NCBI GenBank assembly: GCA_963812015.1
Contig: CAWETI010000002.1
Coordinates: forward strand, 288,001 to 352,000
Length of the DNA stretch: 64,000 nucleotides
Reading direction: 5' to 3'
Source: an uncultured delta proteobacterium
Lineage (GTDB): Bacteria; Desulfobacterota; Desulfobaccia; Desulfobaccales; 0-14-0-80-60-11
Part shown: positions 10,185-20,909 of the stretch, piece by piece
Layout: every line of letters begins with the position of its first letter
Position numbering within the stretch: the stretch's first letter is position 1
Notes under the pieces: model-generated
Seen by the model: only the letters and a program-made list of their open reading frames with translations
What the model was told of the DNA's origin: nothing
Database searches by the model: none
Position numbers and translations under genes: made by a program

Positions 10185-11135
10185 TTATTTCCCTCCAGGC
10201 TTCCCTTTGCCGCGAATCAGGGCTTCGGGATGCTGGTCAAGATAATTGGTCAACTGCCGAATTGACCTACTCATGGCAGAAATCTCCTGCAGCGTGTTCT
10301 CCAAATCTACTATCAGCGGTGAGTCTTGGGAGAGGATACCTCTGGCCGTGGACATGGTTTTATCCAAACCGGTCGCCACCCCTCCCACCTGGCCGTCAAT
10401 ATTGCGGGCCAGCTTGCCGAAATCTTTGACGGTTTTTTTCACGTCGTCCACCAGCGGGTCCACCTGGCGGTCCACCCTGGTGAGGAGCTTGCGGGCGTCC
10501 TCAAGAGTATCATGCAGGGCACGAATGCTGGCGGCCAGGTCCGGGTTGTTAACGAGTTTAGAGATGCCTTCCAGGGTCGATTCCAAATGCTTTTCCAGGG
10601 CCGTGAGATCCAGCTTCCCCAGGGCATTGGCCAGCTTTTCGGAGGTGGACGGGCAGGTTGGAATCACCACATAGTCCTTATAGTCTTTGTCGATTTGGGC
10701 TGGAGCATAGCAGAGACCTGACCCGGGAGCAAAATCAAGCTGGATCATTAACTGACCGGTAATAAAACTCTGCGTAATCAGCTGGGCCCGCAGGCCCCTT
10801 TCGATGAGCTTCGTCGCAACTTCCCGGTAATTTCTTTTTCCAGCTCGCACCTTCCATCGGTCCGGATCGATTTCGATGAGGATGGGGATTTGTGTTGTCA
10901 TCTTAGCCAGGTCGGCTTGGAGAGTAATGCTGGTCACAGACCCGACCTGAACGCCCTGGAACAGCACCGGTGCGCCCACATTCAATCCGGTGATGGATTC
11001 ATTAAAGTACAAAATGTATTTGTTGGTTTTCTGGAAGAATTTGCCCGAACCGAATACGACCAGGCTGGCGGCCATAAGGATCACTGCGAGGACCACGAAA
11101 CCGCCGATCATCATTCTGTTTGCTTGCTTAGCCAT
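10185..11135 (-). CDS. MlaD/MCE-domain protein
   Basis: N-terminal TM, GLNVGAPVLFQGVQVGSV, helical tail ending HPEALIRG. Confidence 0.92.
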   Translation of the reverse strand: MAKQANRMMIGGFVVLAVILMAASLVVFGSGKFFQKTNKYILYFNESITGLNVGAPVLFQGVQVGSVTSITLQADLAKMTTQIPILIEIDPDRWKVRAGKRNYREVATKLIERGLRAQLITQSFITGQLMIQLDFAPGSGLCYAPAQIDKDYKDYVVIPTCPSTSEKLANALGKLDLTALEKHLESTLEGISKLVNNPDLAASIRALHDTLEDARKLLTRVDRQVDPLVDDVKKTVKDFGKLARNIDGQVGGVATGLDKTMSTARGILSQDSPLIVDLENTLQEISAMSRSIRQLTNYLDQHPEALIRGKGKPGGK

Positions 11136-11153
11136 CTCTGCCCATCCTATCGG

Positions 11154-11942
11154 TTAAGATTTCTCGCCCCGGGTTAAAAACAGGCGCAAATCGGGATCCC
11201 GGGTTTCGGCCAAAAGCTGGTTCGGGTTGCCCATGGCCGTCATGGTTCGTTTGGATACATCCAAGAATACGGAATTGCTGCCAATCGCAAATATGCTGGC
11301 CAACTCATGGGTCACTACCACCATGGTGGTGCCCAGGCTGTCACGCAGTTCCAGGATCAGGTCATCCAGACGGCGGGCGCTCACCGGATCCAACCCGGCG
11401 GAAGGCTCATCGAAAAACAGGATCTCCGGATCGAGGGCCATGGCCCGGGCGATACCGGCCCGTTTCTGCATCCCGCCGCTGATCTCCGAGGGATAAAACT
11501 CTTCGAATCCGGCCATCCCCACCAGGGCCAGTTTCAGTTTGACAACCTCACGAATCTGGCCCGGGCTTAAATCCGTATAGAGCTCCAGGGGCAGGGCGAT
11601 ATTCTCGGCCAGGGTCATGGAGCTCCAGAGCGCCCCGCTCTGGTACATCACCCCGGCCCGGCGAATGATCCGGTCGCGGGTCTGTTGATCGGCTCCCCAG
11701 AAATCGACATCTCCATAAAAGACCTTGCCCTTGGCCGGGGCCTTCAAGCCGATTAAAATGGTCATCATGGTGCTCTTGCCGCAGCCGCTGCCGCCCATGA
11801 TGATGAAGATGTCCCCCCGGTTTATGGTAAAAGTCAGGTCCCTCATAAGGACAAAGTCGCCATAAGCCATGGTGAGATCGCGCACCGTTATGTGGGCTTC
11901 TTTTTCCGTCATTGTCACTTTATCCTGAGGCGCTGTTGGCAT
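11154..11942 (-). CDS. MlaF-like ABC ATP-binding protein
   Basis: GGSGCGKS, ISGGMQKR and FFDEPSAGLDP motifs. Confidence 0.93.
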   Translation of the reverse strand: MPTAPQDKVTMTEKEAHITVRDLTMAYGDFVLMRDLTFTINRGDIFIIMGGSGCGKSTMMTILIGLKAPAKGKVFYGDVDFWGADQQTRDRIIRRAGVMYQSGALWSSMTLAENIALPLELYTDLSPGQIREVVKLKLALVGMAGFEEFYPSEISGGMQKRAGIARAMALDPEILFFDEPSAGLDPVSARRLDDLILELRDSLGTTMVVVTHELASIFAIGSNSVFLDVSKRTMTAMGNPNQLLAETRDPDLRLFLTRGEKS

Positions 11943-11946
11943 TCCC

Positions 11947-13080
11947 TCATATCCCCAGCATGTTGCACAAAATGGTGATCACGGCGGTGGAGAGGATAAT
12001 CCCGACAATGGCGGTGACCACCGCGGATGTGGCCGCGTCACCCACCGCCGAGGCGCTGCGGCCGCACTGCATGCCCCGCATGCAGCCGGCCAGCGCCACA
12101 ATGACGCCGAACACGAGGCCGGAAAACAGGCCGATGCCCAGATTCCAGAGACCCACCGCCTTCGCCGTCTCGTTATAGTATTCTATAAAGCCGATATTGA
12201 GCAGCCCTACCCCCACCACCATGCCCCCCAGTATGCCCATGATATTGGCGTAAAGACACAGCAAGGGCATCATCACCGCCAGGGCCAGCATACGCGGCAG
12301 CACCAGAAACTCCATGGGTGATATGCCCAGGGTTTTCAGGGCATCGATCTCCTGGTTCACCTGCATGGTCCCCAGCTGAGCGGCAAAGGCGCCCCCCGTG
12401 CGGCCGGCCATGACGATGCCGGTCATAATCGCCGCCATCAGGCGAACCATGGCAATGCCCACCAAATCGGCCACATAAATCTGGGCCCCGAAGAGCTTCA
12501 ACTGGATGGCGCCGATAAACGCTAGGATCAACCCCACCAAAAAACAGATGAGGGAGACGATGGGCAACGCCTGGGCGCTAACGGCCTGCGTGATTAAGCC
12601 CAGGTCGGAGCGGCGGTACTGGGCCTTGCTCCGCAGCAGATTCAGGACGGCAATGACCGTATCGCCGAGGAATTCCAGCATTTCACCTGCAGATCGGAAG
12701 AGCTCGACGGTTTGGTTACCCAAATGGGTGAGAAACGACACCCGCCCCTCAGCCTGGCGGGCATCTTTCTTTTCCGGTACCGCCAAGGCCAATTCCAACA
12801 GTCTCTTCGCTCCTGGGGGCAGTCCGTCGCGGTTCAGGAGAATTTTTTGCCGGGAGCAGAGAGTGCCCAAATTCATCAAGAAGGTCAACAGCCCGGTGTC
12901 CCAATGCGCCAGCCCCTGGGTGTCGAAGACAATATTCCGAACCCCCGGCCTTCCTTCGAGCGTTTGCTGAACCTTATCGGCCCCAGGCAGTTCACCCCCC
13001 AGCTGCCAGTGCCCGGAAAGAATCACCTTCAGCGTGTCTGCTGATGGCTGCTCCATGATCATTTCACCACGGGCCGTCAT
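11947..13080 (-). CDS. MlaE-family permease with an N-terminal STAS-like domain
   Basis: AGRTGGAFAAQLGTMQVNQEIDAL and VGDAATSAVV. Confidence 0.93.
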   Translation of the reverse strand: MTARGEMIMEQPSADTLKVILSGHWQLGGELPGADKVQQTLEGRPGVRNIVFDTQGLAHWDTGLLTFLMNLGTLCSRQKILLNRDGLPPGAKRLLELALAVPEKKDARQAEGRVSFLTHLGNQTVELFRSAGEMLEFLGDTVIAVLNLLRSKAQYRRSDLGLITQAVSAQALPIVSLICFLVGLILAFIGAIQLKLFGAQIYVADLVGIAMVRLMAAIMTGIVMAGRTGGAFAAQLGTMQVNQEIDALKTLGISPMEFLVLPRMLALAVMMPLLCLYANIMGILGGMVVGVGLLNIGFIEYYNETAKAVGLWNLGIGLFSGLVFGVIVALAGCMRGMQCGRSASAVGDAATSAVVTAIVGIILSTAVITILCNMLGI

Positions 13081-13105
13081 GTGCGTTTTTCTCCATGGTA
13101 GCTCT

Positions 13106-13380
13106 TTAGCTGATAATTGGGGGCTTCATCCTTCCTCTGACCCAGGTCCGAAGCATTGCTCCAGGACTAGATTTGTGGTGCACGTCGCGTTGGGGGAAAG
13201 GCAATGCTCTGCCATGCTGCCGGAATTGCTGCCAGATGCCCCAGAGGAGATCGCTCTTGAATGAACCGATGCCATTTTTGGGGTCGTTGAGCCACACCCG
13301 CAGTTCGAGGTTGACGCTATTATCCCCGAACCCCTTCAAAAAGCAAGCGGATTTGGGATCCGTTAAGACGCGTAGGAGTC
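13106..13380 (-). pseudogene. MscS mechanosensitive channel C-terminal fragment
   Basis: GFGDNSVNLELRVW..DLLWGIWQQF..PFPQRDVH; the 5' part is replaced by the IS3 fragment. Confidence 0.7.
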
Positions 13381-13389
13381 AAAACGCTC

Positions 13390-13694
13390 TTCATTGAACC
13401 TGGCAGTCCTTGGGAGAACGGTTACAACGAGAGCTTCAATGGGAAGTTGCGGGATGAGTTGCTCAACGGGGAGATTTTCTATACCCTGAAGGAGGCCCAG
13501 ATCCTGATAGAGCGCTGGCGGTGGGAATACAATACGGTAAGGCCTCACAGTGCTTTGGGGTATCGACCACCGGCACCCGAAGCCATCGCCGTGGCCCCCA
13601 GAGATCCTGGCTACGCTATGCTCCGCCAGGATCTCTGGCTTGACTTGACCCCCATCCTAACTTAAAACTTGGTACAACTACTGGGGGCAGGTCA
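13390..13694 (+). mobile_element. IS3-family 3' fragment (integrase core end plus right IR)
   Basis: PGSPWENGYNESFNGKLRDELLN..YNTVRPHSALGY; ends GGGGCAGGTCA. Confidence 0.88.
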
Positions 13695-14349
13695 CTTCTT
13701 GTCTGCAACTGGCTGTCAAATCGTCAACGACCCGTTTTGTGAGCACTTGGCACTGTTCAAGCCGTTACAACTTGCTGCAGCACGGCGAGTCGGTCTGGCG
13801 ATCCCAGAAACTTGCGTTACGAATGACGTTCGGATTGCAACCGATTTCATCAGGCGTCTCAACAACCAGGGTCGCCGCTGTGTGTGCAAACCTTTGACTG
13901 CGCCCCGGCGCGAGATGGCGGAGACCCGCGTCATCCGTTTAGAAGAGCTTAATCCTGAAGCGCTGGCCATTGCACCGGTCATTTTCCAAGAATGCATCGA
14001 AAAAGGAACTGACATTCGCATTTCAATTTTTGGTGATGAGTGTTTTGCAGCGAAGGTGATTACCCGCCACGCGGAACTCGTTGACTGGCGCTTAGATCCC
14101 CTCGTTTCCTATCATCGGTATAAAACGTCAGATGATCTTCGCAACCACCTTCTGCTCTTATTGCGAGAGATGAAGCTCGATATGGGATCCATTGATCTGC
14201 GGCTTGATCAGGAAGGTCAGCCAGTGTTTTTCGAGATTAATCCGTCCGGACAATTTCTTTTTCTTGAGTTGGAAGCGGACCTTCCCGTCTCAAACTCGGT
14301 CGCAAAACTTCTTATTAGAAAGCATCTCGTTCAGCGCCCGCGGTCATGA
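13695..14349 (+). pseudogene. RimK-like ATP-grasp ligase (graspetide maturase type), 5'-truncated at the IS end
   Basis: KPLQLAAARRVGLAIPETCVTND, PVIFQECIEK..DIR, VDWR and FFEINPSGQFLF. Confidence 0.75.
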
Positions 14350-14472
14350 TGGATCGACAACACAACATAGATAACAGTTAAGGCAGAGGCCGATACTAGG
14401 GGCATTGAATGCTCGTAGTCCGATTTTCTATCGAATTGAACGAGTATTTCAAGATTATAGAGTTGCGGGTTT

Positions 14473-14520
14473 CTTGCCAAAACAGAAACTTATCGAATTT
14501 CCTCGGAAAATTGTGCTATG
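14473..14520 (+). repeat. Left half of the ~100-bp recurrent site
   Basis: CTTGCCA..TTATC..GAAAATTG..GCTATG matches the left halves at 32425, 37565, 40092 and 21912(-). Confidence 0.65.
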
Positions 14521-14569
14521 CTTTGTCTATCAGCATCAGCCTGATGCCATCAAAGACTGGAGGTGGAGC

Positions 14570-15407
14570 ATGAAAGTTTCTAAGGCCGTCAACCTGTTCC
14601 TGGATTACCACAAGCTGAACTCCCAAAAAAAATACGATCAGGGCCTACGGCTCGCTCTTGGCCAAATTCAGGGAGTATTTTCCTGACCACGACCTGGCTT
14701 CCATATCGCCAGAAAAGGTACTCTCCTTTTTGACCAGTCTCAACGGTAAGTGTAAGCAGCTAACCAAGCATACTCGTTACGCCTATCTCAAGGCTCTCTT
14801 CAACTTCATCCGCAATAATCTGGACGCTCAGCTCCAAAATCCCTGTGACACCCCGATGCTGAAGAAACTCTTTCGGCTGGGGAAGCTGGTGCATTGGCAG
14901 GTCCAGGAAAAGGAGACCATCGACGAGGTCATTTTCAGGACCACCAAAGTAAGAAACCGCCTCATGCTATAACTCATGGCCCGGGGTGGCATGCGGGTAG
15001 GCGAGGTTCTTAAGCTTACTGGCGGGGATGTCGAGGACCAAAAACTCGTAATCAGGAACCCAAAAAGTGGCAAGGAGACGGAGGTCGTCTTCATCCCTAA
15101 GAAGCTGGCCGATAGGCTGAAGGATTACCTCAAGGCCAGAGGCGCTGAAGGAAGCCAGAGAATTTTCCCCATCACCTATACAGCCGCCCGGGTCATGGTC
15201 AAAAAGGCCGGCGCTTTGGTGGGGGTCCATCTCAGGCCACACGACCTAAGGCGGCATGCGGCAACCTATGCCTCGAGATCAGGGGTACCCGTGGAGATTG
15301 TCAGCAAGGTCATTCTGAGGCACGCCAACCTCTCCACCACCCAAAAGTATCTTGGAAAGGTCAGCGATGTGGAAGCGGTGCGGTGGATGGAAAATTTATA
15401 CGGCTAA
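14570..15407 (+). pseudogene. Tyrosine recombinase with an A8 frameshift (14625-14632) and an in-frame TAA (14970-14972)
   Basis: MKVSKAVNLFLDYHKLNSQK joins NTIRAYGSLLAKF in the +1 frame; catalytic GGMR, HDLRR, LRH and TTQKY; GGAGG RBS. Confidence 0.85.
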
Positions 15408-15462
15408 ATGGACGGCAATTAGGGCGAGGTCGAACAAGGCCTCGCCCACATTTAAAAGTCTC

Positions 15463-15519
15463 GCTATGTCCTGGATATGGAAAGTTTTTAGAGCCGTGAT
15501 AAGTGTCGGATCATAGCAG
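15463..15519 (+). repeat. Right half of the ~100-bp recurrent site
   Basis: GCTATGTCCTGGATATGGAAAGTTTTTAGAGCCGTGATAAGTGTCGGATCATAGCAG; near-identical to 40261-40306. Confidence 0.85.
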
Positions 15520-15940
15520 TAACTGACACATTTACTTAACCAATGCGATTCCAAATCTCATGCCTGCCTTTAACCGCCGGGACTGACCTTCCCAATAAAA
15601 GGTGCCGGAACGGCAAGTGTGGGCCGACCCTTTCCCTCAAGTCAGCCAGGGTGAGCTCAGAAAGCCATACCGCATTGATCCTGATTAATTTGCAGAGTTG
15701 CCTTGAAATCAACGTTCCTTTCCGGTTCCTTTCCTTGCCTGGTTTTCGGAGCGGTGGCCTATTCTTGACTCTCGGCCCAGGGGCGCCCGTTAACGGGCGG
15801 GGCAAGGTTTTATGCTGCGACTCCCGGCTTCATAAAGAATTTGCCGTCGCGCCCAGCAGGGCTGAGAATTATCTTGACAGAAGAACCTTTTTCTCATAAT
15901 TCATAATTATAAATTATAAATGCAAGGCGCGTTTGCCGCA

Positions 15941-16630
15941 ATGAGCAGCCGCATCCCCCCCTTAGTCCTTTACCAGGAGGTCGCCGAGCGCCTCCGTCAC
16001 AGGATCTACAGCTACGAACTGAAGCCGGGAGAGTGGATCGACGAACAGGCTCTGGCAGAATCTTTCGGCATCAGCCGAACCCCGCTCCGGGAAGCCCTCA
16101 AGGTTTTGAACAGCGAGGGCCTGGTGGTCCTGAGACCCCGCCGGGGTTGCTTAGTGGCCGAACTGACTGAACAGGACCTGGACGAGATCTTTCCGGTGAT
16201 GGCCCTGTTAGAAGGGCGCTGCGCCTATGACGCGGTGCGCAAGGCCAAGCCCGCCGACCTCAAACGCCTGGATGACATACACGCCAAGCTGGAAAAGTTT
16301 GCCGCAGCCGAAGATATCGATCGCTATTATGAACAAAACTATATCTTCCACGAGCAGGTGCAAAAACTGGCCGGTAACCTCTGGCTCCAGAAGACGGTGG
16401 GCGATTTACGCAAGTTCCTCAAGCTGTTGCGGGGCCGACAACTCAAGCTACCGGGCCGTCTCCTGGCATCTCTCAAAGAACACCGTCTGATCATGGCCGC
16501 TTTTCACAATCAGAATCCCGCCGCGGCCGAAAAAATCATGCACGACCATCTGCTGGCGCAGCGGCAGGCGCTGGCCATATACGATTCCGCCACAGACAGG
16601 GAGAATAAGACCGCAGTGCGTAAGATGTAG
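15941..16630 (+). CDS. GntR/FadR-family regulator (FCD domain)
   Basis: LYQEVAERLR..GISRTPLREAL HTH; TTGACA and tandem TCATAAT repeats upstream (15874-15919). Confidence 0.92.
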   Translation: MSSRIPPLVLYQEVAERLRHRIYSYELKPGEWIDEQALAESFGISRTPLREALKVLNSEGLVVLRPRRGCLVAELTEQDLDEIFPVMALLEGRCAYDAVRKAKPADLKRLDDIHAKLEKFAAAEDIDRYYEQNYIFHEQVQKLAGNLWLQKTVGDLRKFLKLLRGRQLKLPGRLLASLKEHRLIMAAFHNQNPAAAEKIMHDHLLAQRQALAIYDSATDRENKTAVRKM

Positions 16631-16689
16631 CGAGTCAAAAAGGAGGCCCCTTTGATGCTGGGAACACCTCCGGGGCTGGGTACAACAGC

Positions 16690-17162
16690 AAATTGTGTAG
16701 GGGGCGGCCGGCGATTTAGCCTTTAGCTGTGACATTTTGATCGGCACGCACAGCGCCTTCTTCGCCATGACCCCGGCTAAAATCGGGATTCCCTATAGCT
16801 CATCCGGGCTCTTGCACTTCATTTACGGCGTCGGCCTGCCCATTGCCAAGGAAATGTTTTTCACAGCACAGCCGGTGGTGGCAGAGCGCGCCGAGAAGTT
16901 AGGGATTCTCAACCATCCGGTGCCGGAGAAGGAACTGGAAGATTTTACCTATGCAATGGCCCGGCGAATCACGCAAAATTCTCCTTTGAGCATCTCGGCG
17001 ATCAAGGAACAACTCCGGATTCTGGCCGATTCGCCCCCTTTGAGCCCGGGAACTTTTGAACGCATCCAAGGATTGCGCCGGCGGGTTTACGATAGCAAAG
17101 ATTACCTGGAAGGCAAAAACGCCTTCTTGCAGAAAAGGCCCCCGGTCTTTCAAGGAGAATGA
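16690..17162 (+). pseudogene. Crotonase-family (methylmalonyl-CoA decarboxylase-like) C-terminal fragment
   Basis: V*GAAGDLAFSCDILIG..FAMTPAKIGIPY..FERIQGLRRRVYDSKDYLEG; N-terminus missing. Confidence 0.7.
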
Positions 17163-17379
17163 GGACCGGGTTTCTTAGCAAAATATCCGCCCAGGGGAGG
17201 TGAAAAAGAAAACCCGGAAAAGCACGCCATATTTTCAGTCAGTTGAGCAGCGACGGGAGATCAGGGCGGTTCGAGTCCCGAATCAGTCGCTTGACCGAGA
17301 TTGAAGATCCCGGCAGGAAGGTCTCCCGGAAAATTTTCTCCAACGAGCAATCCCTTCTACGTTAAGAGGAGAGGAAAAA

Positions 17380-18585
17380 ATGGAAGAGTTATGGGCGCAA
17401 AGATGGAAAGCGCTGTGGTTCGTTGGTACCCTAGGTTTTATCTTCTCGGCCAACTATACCAACCACGGTCCCTTGATCCCCACCCTGGTCAAACAGCTGG
17501 AGATCACCTTCGCGATGGCGGGGTTCCTGACCACCGCCATTTTCCTGACCCACGGCGCCTTGCAGATACCGGGAGGGGCACTGGCAGATAAATTCGGCGC
17601 CAAAAAACTGGTCAATTTCGCTCTCCTGATCATCACCGCCGGAAATTTCATCATCGGGTTTTCCAACTCCTACTATGCCATTCTGGTATTGAAGTTCATC
17701 ATCGGCATTGGTACCGGCATCTGTTTTATCGCCGGGGCCCGCTACGTCACCACCTTCTTTCTCGGCAAGGAAATTCAGCGGGCCCAGGGGGTTTATGGCG
17801 GGTCGATCCTCTTGGGGTCCGGGTTCGTGATTTACGGCATTCCCCAACTCCTGCCGCTGGTGGGCTGGCACAATATCTTCATGATTACCGGCGGCATGGC
17901 GGGAGTGCTGTTAGTCCTGTGGTACTTCTTTGCCCCGGATACGCCCCGGGCGGTGACCATTCCCAAAATCAACTTTTCTAGCGTTATCGGCAGTCGCAAT
18001 ATCTGGCTGCTCTCTCTGGCGCAGCTGGCCACTTTTGGCGAGATCATTGCCTGCGGCGTCTGGGTCAATACCCTCTTGATCAAGAGCATTCACCTTCAGC
18101 CTAAGTTGGCGGGCATTATTGGCTCGATCGTCTTACTCCTGGGAATTTTCTCTCGTCCGCTGGGCGGCATTATCCTGGATCATAAGATCATGACAACCAA
18201 GAAACTCTTGGCGGTCGCCTGTGCCGGGCTGGCGGTAGGATTCATTTGGATGGGGTTATCTTCCAGTATGGGCATGGCTATCATCGCCATTATCTTTACC
18301 GGCATTATGGCGGGATTGCCCTTCGCCGGGATCTTTAACGCGGCCAGGGATAACTGCCCCCATTGTCCCGGGGTGGCCATGGGATTCGTCAATACCTGGG
18401 GGGCCATCGGGGTCATGATTTTCCCACCCATCATCGGACGGCTGGTGGATGTCACCGGGACGTTTATCAGCGGCTTTTTTGTCCTGGGGGCGGTGGCCGT
18501 CATCGCCGCCTTGGGCTGTTTGGCCCTGACCCACGCCGACATCTATATGATCCCGGAGACCAAGCCCATCGTGCAGCCGGATTAA
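17380..18585 (+). CDS. MFS transporter
   Basis: About 12 TM segments; GGALADKFGAK motif A. Confidence 0.92.
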   Translation: MEELWAQRWKALWFVGTLGFIFSANYTNHGPLIPTLVKQLEITFAMAGFLTTAIFLTHGALQIPGGALADKFGAKKLVNFALLIITAGNFIIGFSNSYYAILVLKFIIGIGTGICFIAGARYVTTFFLGKEIQRAQGVYGGSILLGSGFVIYGIPQLLPLVGWHNIFMITGGMAGVLLVLWYFFAPDTPRAVTIPKINFSSVIGSRNIWLLSLAQLATFGEIIACGVWVNTLLIKSIHLQPKLAGIIGSIVLLLGIFSRPLGGIILDHKIMTTKKLLAVACAGLAVGFIWMGLSSSMGMAIIAIIFTGIMAGLPFAGIFNAARDNCPHCPGVAMGFVNTWGAIGVMIFPPIIGRLVDVTGTFISGFFVLGAVAVIAALGCLALTHADIYMIPETKPIVQPD

Positions 18586-18650
18586 TTTCGAGTGGGAAGA
18601 TTAGCGGCAACCGGCCTTAGCCGCAGAAGAAGTGGTGACGGAGCAAGAGC

Positions 18651-19295
18651 ATGGATACCCCCCAGATCCTCTACCGGGAAAAGCTGGCCGAACACCTGAT
18701 CAAGCACCTGACCAAGCGCCGGATGGAGGCCAGCTATGCGCCCACGGCGGCACAGGCCAGAGAAGAGATTATTGCCATGATTCCAGCTGGTTCCACGGTA
18801 AGCCGGTGCGGCTCCATGTCCCTGGTGGAGATGGGGTTGTGGGATAAGCTGGCCCAAAAGCCCGGCGTAGAAATAATCGATCCCTTTACCCCGGGGCTTA
18901 GTCCCGAAGAGGCTTATGCCCGGTTGCGCCAGGGGTTATTGGCTGATTACATGCTTGCCAGCTCCAATGCCCTGACCATGGACGGAAAACTGGTCAATTT
19001 GGACGCTACGGGTAACCGGGTGGCGGCCATGTGCTTTGGTCCGGAAAAGGTCATCCTGGCCGTCGGCCTTAACAAAGTAACCCCTGATTTAGATTCCGCC
19101 ATGGCCCGAGTTAAACACCAGGCGGCGCCGATCAATGCCATGCGCCTCAATCGGGCTACACCTTGCGCGGAAACCGGCCAATGTCTCGATTGCAGAAGTC
19201 CTGCCAGGCTCTGTAATATGTGGTCGATTATCGAGGGGCACCGCTTTGAGAATCGTATCCACGTCAAACTGGTGGGCGAAGACTTGGGGTATTGA
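18651..19295 (+). CDS. LUD-domain (lactate-utilisation family) protein
   Basis: SSNALTMDGKLVNLDATGNRVAA and CAETGQCLDCRSPARLC. Confidence 0.85.
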   Translation: MDTPQILYREKLAEHLIKHLTKRRMEASYAPTAAQAREEIIAMIPAGSTVSRCGSMSLVEMGLWDKLAQKPGVEIIDPFTPGLSPEEAYARLRQGLLADYMLASSNALTMDGKLVNLDATGNRVAAMCFGPEKVILAVGLNKVTPDLDSAMARVKHQAAPINAMRLNRATPCAETGQCLDCRSPARLCNMWSIIEGHRFENRIHVKLVGEDLGY

Positions 19296-19412
19296 GGTTC
19301 CGGGAACCGGCCTCCGTAACTGCGGGAACCTGCCTGGTTAAGATTGAGGAGGTTGCGACGTCTAGGCCGCACTCCTCGGAGATGAAAAATTTTTGGTGAT
19401 TGTGGAGGCGTC

Positions 19413-20909
19413 ATGTCGATACTTCTGGTTCCGCGAGCCGAACAATATTCGGACCGGACTGCAATTATAGGGCCGGAAGGGAGGTTCACCTACCGGCAAC
19501 TTCTGGACGCGTCCGGCAAGGTCACGTCTTTTCTCTTGAACGGGGCGCCGGATTTGCAGGAGAGACCGGTGGCTTTTCTGGTGCCGCCGGGGTTCCACTA
19601 CGTGGCGGTGCAGTGGGCGATATGGCGCGCCGGAGGGATTGCGGTGCCTTTGTCCCTTTTCCATCCACGGCCAGAATTGGAATACGTGCTTGATGACACC
19701 CAGCCTGCGGCAGTAGTAGCTCATCCGGATTTTGTCAATCTGCTCGGTCCCATTGCCGAGGCGCGTGGCCTGAGATTCGCTCAGACCACCGAGGCGTTGA
19801 ACCATCCCGCGGGTCAACTCCCGGTGGTGGCGCCGGAGCGGCGGGCCATGATCCTCTACACGAGCGGCACCACGGGCAAGCCCAAGGGAGTGGTGACGAC
19901 TCATGAGAACATCGCCGCCCAGATTACCAGCCTGGTCCAGGCCTGGGGATGGACCGGGTATGATCGGATCGTAGAATTTTTGCCGTTGCATCATATCCAC
20001 GGGATCGTGAATGTCATCTCCTGCGCCCTTTGGGTAGGGGCGGTGTGCGAGATTTCCCCCCGGTTCGATGCCGGGGAGGTCTGGAATCGCATCGCTCGGG
20101 GCGGCCTGACGCTGTTCATGGCTGTGCCCACCATCTATGTGAAGCTCATCGACGCCTGGGAGAAGGCTTCTCCTGCCGACCGGAAACGGATGTCTGACGG
20201 CTGCGCCCAGATGCGGCTTATGGTGTCTGGTTCCGCAGCTTTGCCGGTCCCTACCCTGGAAAGGTGGAAGGAGATCTCCGGACACGTCCTCCTGGAGAGA
20301 TACGGGATGACCGAGATCGGCATGGGTCTTTCCAACGCCCTGCATGGGCAGCGATTCCCTGGATGCGTCGGGACGCCCCTTCCGGGTGTGGAAGCGAAGT
20401 TGGTGGATGAATCAGGTCATCCGGTTGAACCTGGAACTCCGGGGGAGATTGTGGTGCGGGGCAAAACGGTCTTTCTGGAGTACTGGCGCAGACCGGAAGA
20501 GACTAAAAAAGGGTTCAGGGACGGTTGGTTCTTAACCGGTGACGTTGCCGTGGTGGAAAACGGCGTCTATCGCATTCTGGGGCGCAGCAGCGTGGACATC
20601 ATCAAGACCGGCGGGTACAAGGTCTCGGCCCTGGAAATCGAGGAAGCTCTATTGACCCACCCGGACATCAAGGAAGTCGCAGTGGTGGGGGTGCCGGACC
20701 CGGTCTGGGGCGAACGGGTCGTCGCAGCGGTGGTGTTGCGGGATGGCGCGACCCTGACCACCAAGTCCCTGCGCGCCTGGGGCAAAGAGCGGCTCGCCTC
20801 CTACAAGGTTCCCCAAGAGGCCGTCGTGCTAGAGGAATTGCCCCGTAATGCCATGGGCAAGTGCTCTAAACCCGACTTGAAGAAAATTGTTGGGGGCGTG
20901 CATGGGTAG
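19413..20909 (+). CDS. Acyl-CoA synthetase, malonyl-CoA synthetase (MatB/ACSF3)-like
   Basis: YTSGTTGKPKG, LERYGMTEIGM, IIKTGGYKVSALEIE and LPRNAMGK. Confidence 0.85.
   Translation: MSILLVPRAEQYSDRTAIIGPEGRFTYRQLLDASGKVTSFLLNGAPDLQERPVAFLVPPGFHYVAVQWAIWRAGGIAVPLSLFHPRPELEYVLDDTQPAAVVAHPDFVNLLGPIAEARGLRFAQTTEALNHPAGQLPVVAPERRAMILYTSGTTGKPKGVVTTHENIAAQITSLVQAWGWTGYDRIVEFLPLHHIHGIVNVISCALWVGAVCEISPRFDAGEVWNRIARGGLTLFMAVPTIYVKLIDAWEKASPADRKRMSDGCAQMRLMVSGSAALPVPTLERWKEISGHVLLERYGMTEIGMGLSNALHGQRFPGCVGTPLPGVEAKLVDESGHPVEPGTPGEIVVRGKTVFLEYWRRPEETKKGFRDGWFLTGDVAVVENGVYRILGRSSVDIIKTGGYKVSALEIEEALLTHPDIKEVAVVGVPDPVWGERVVAAVVLRDGATLTTKSLRAWGKERLASYKVPQEAVVLEELPRNAMGKCSKPDLKKIVGGVHG

Noticed and set aside
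17250..17295. GGTTCGAGTCCC, resembling a tRNA T-loop
   Set aside because: No cloverleaf or CCA end; only an imperfect hairpin upstream of the MFS gene.
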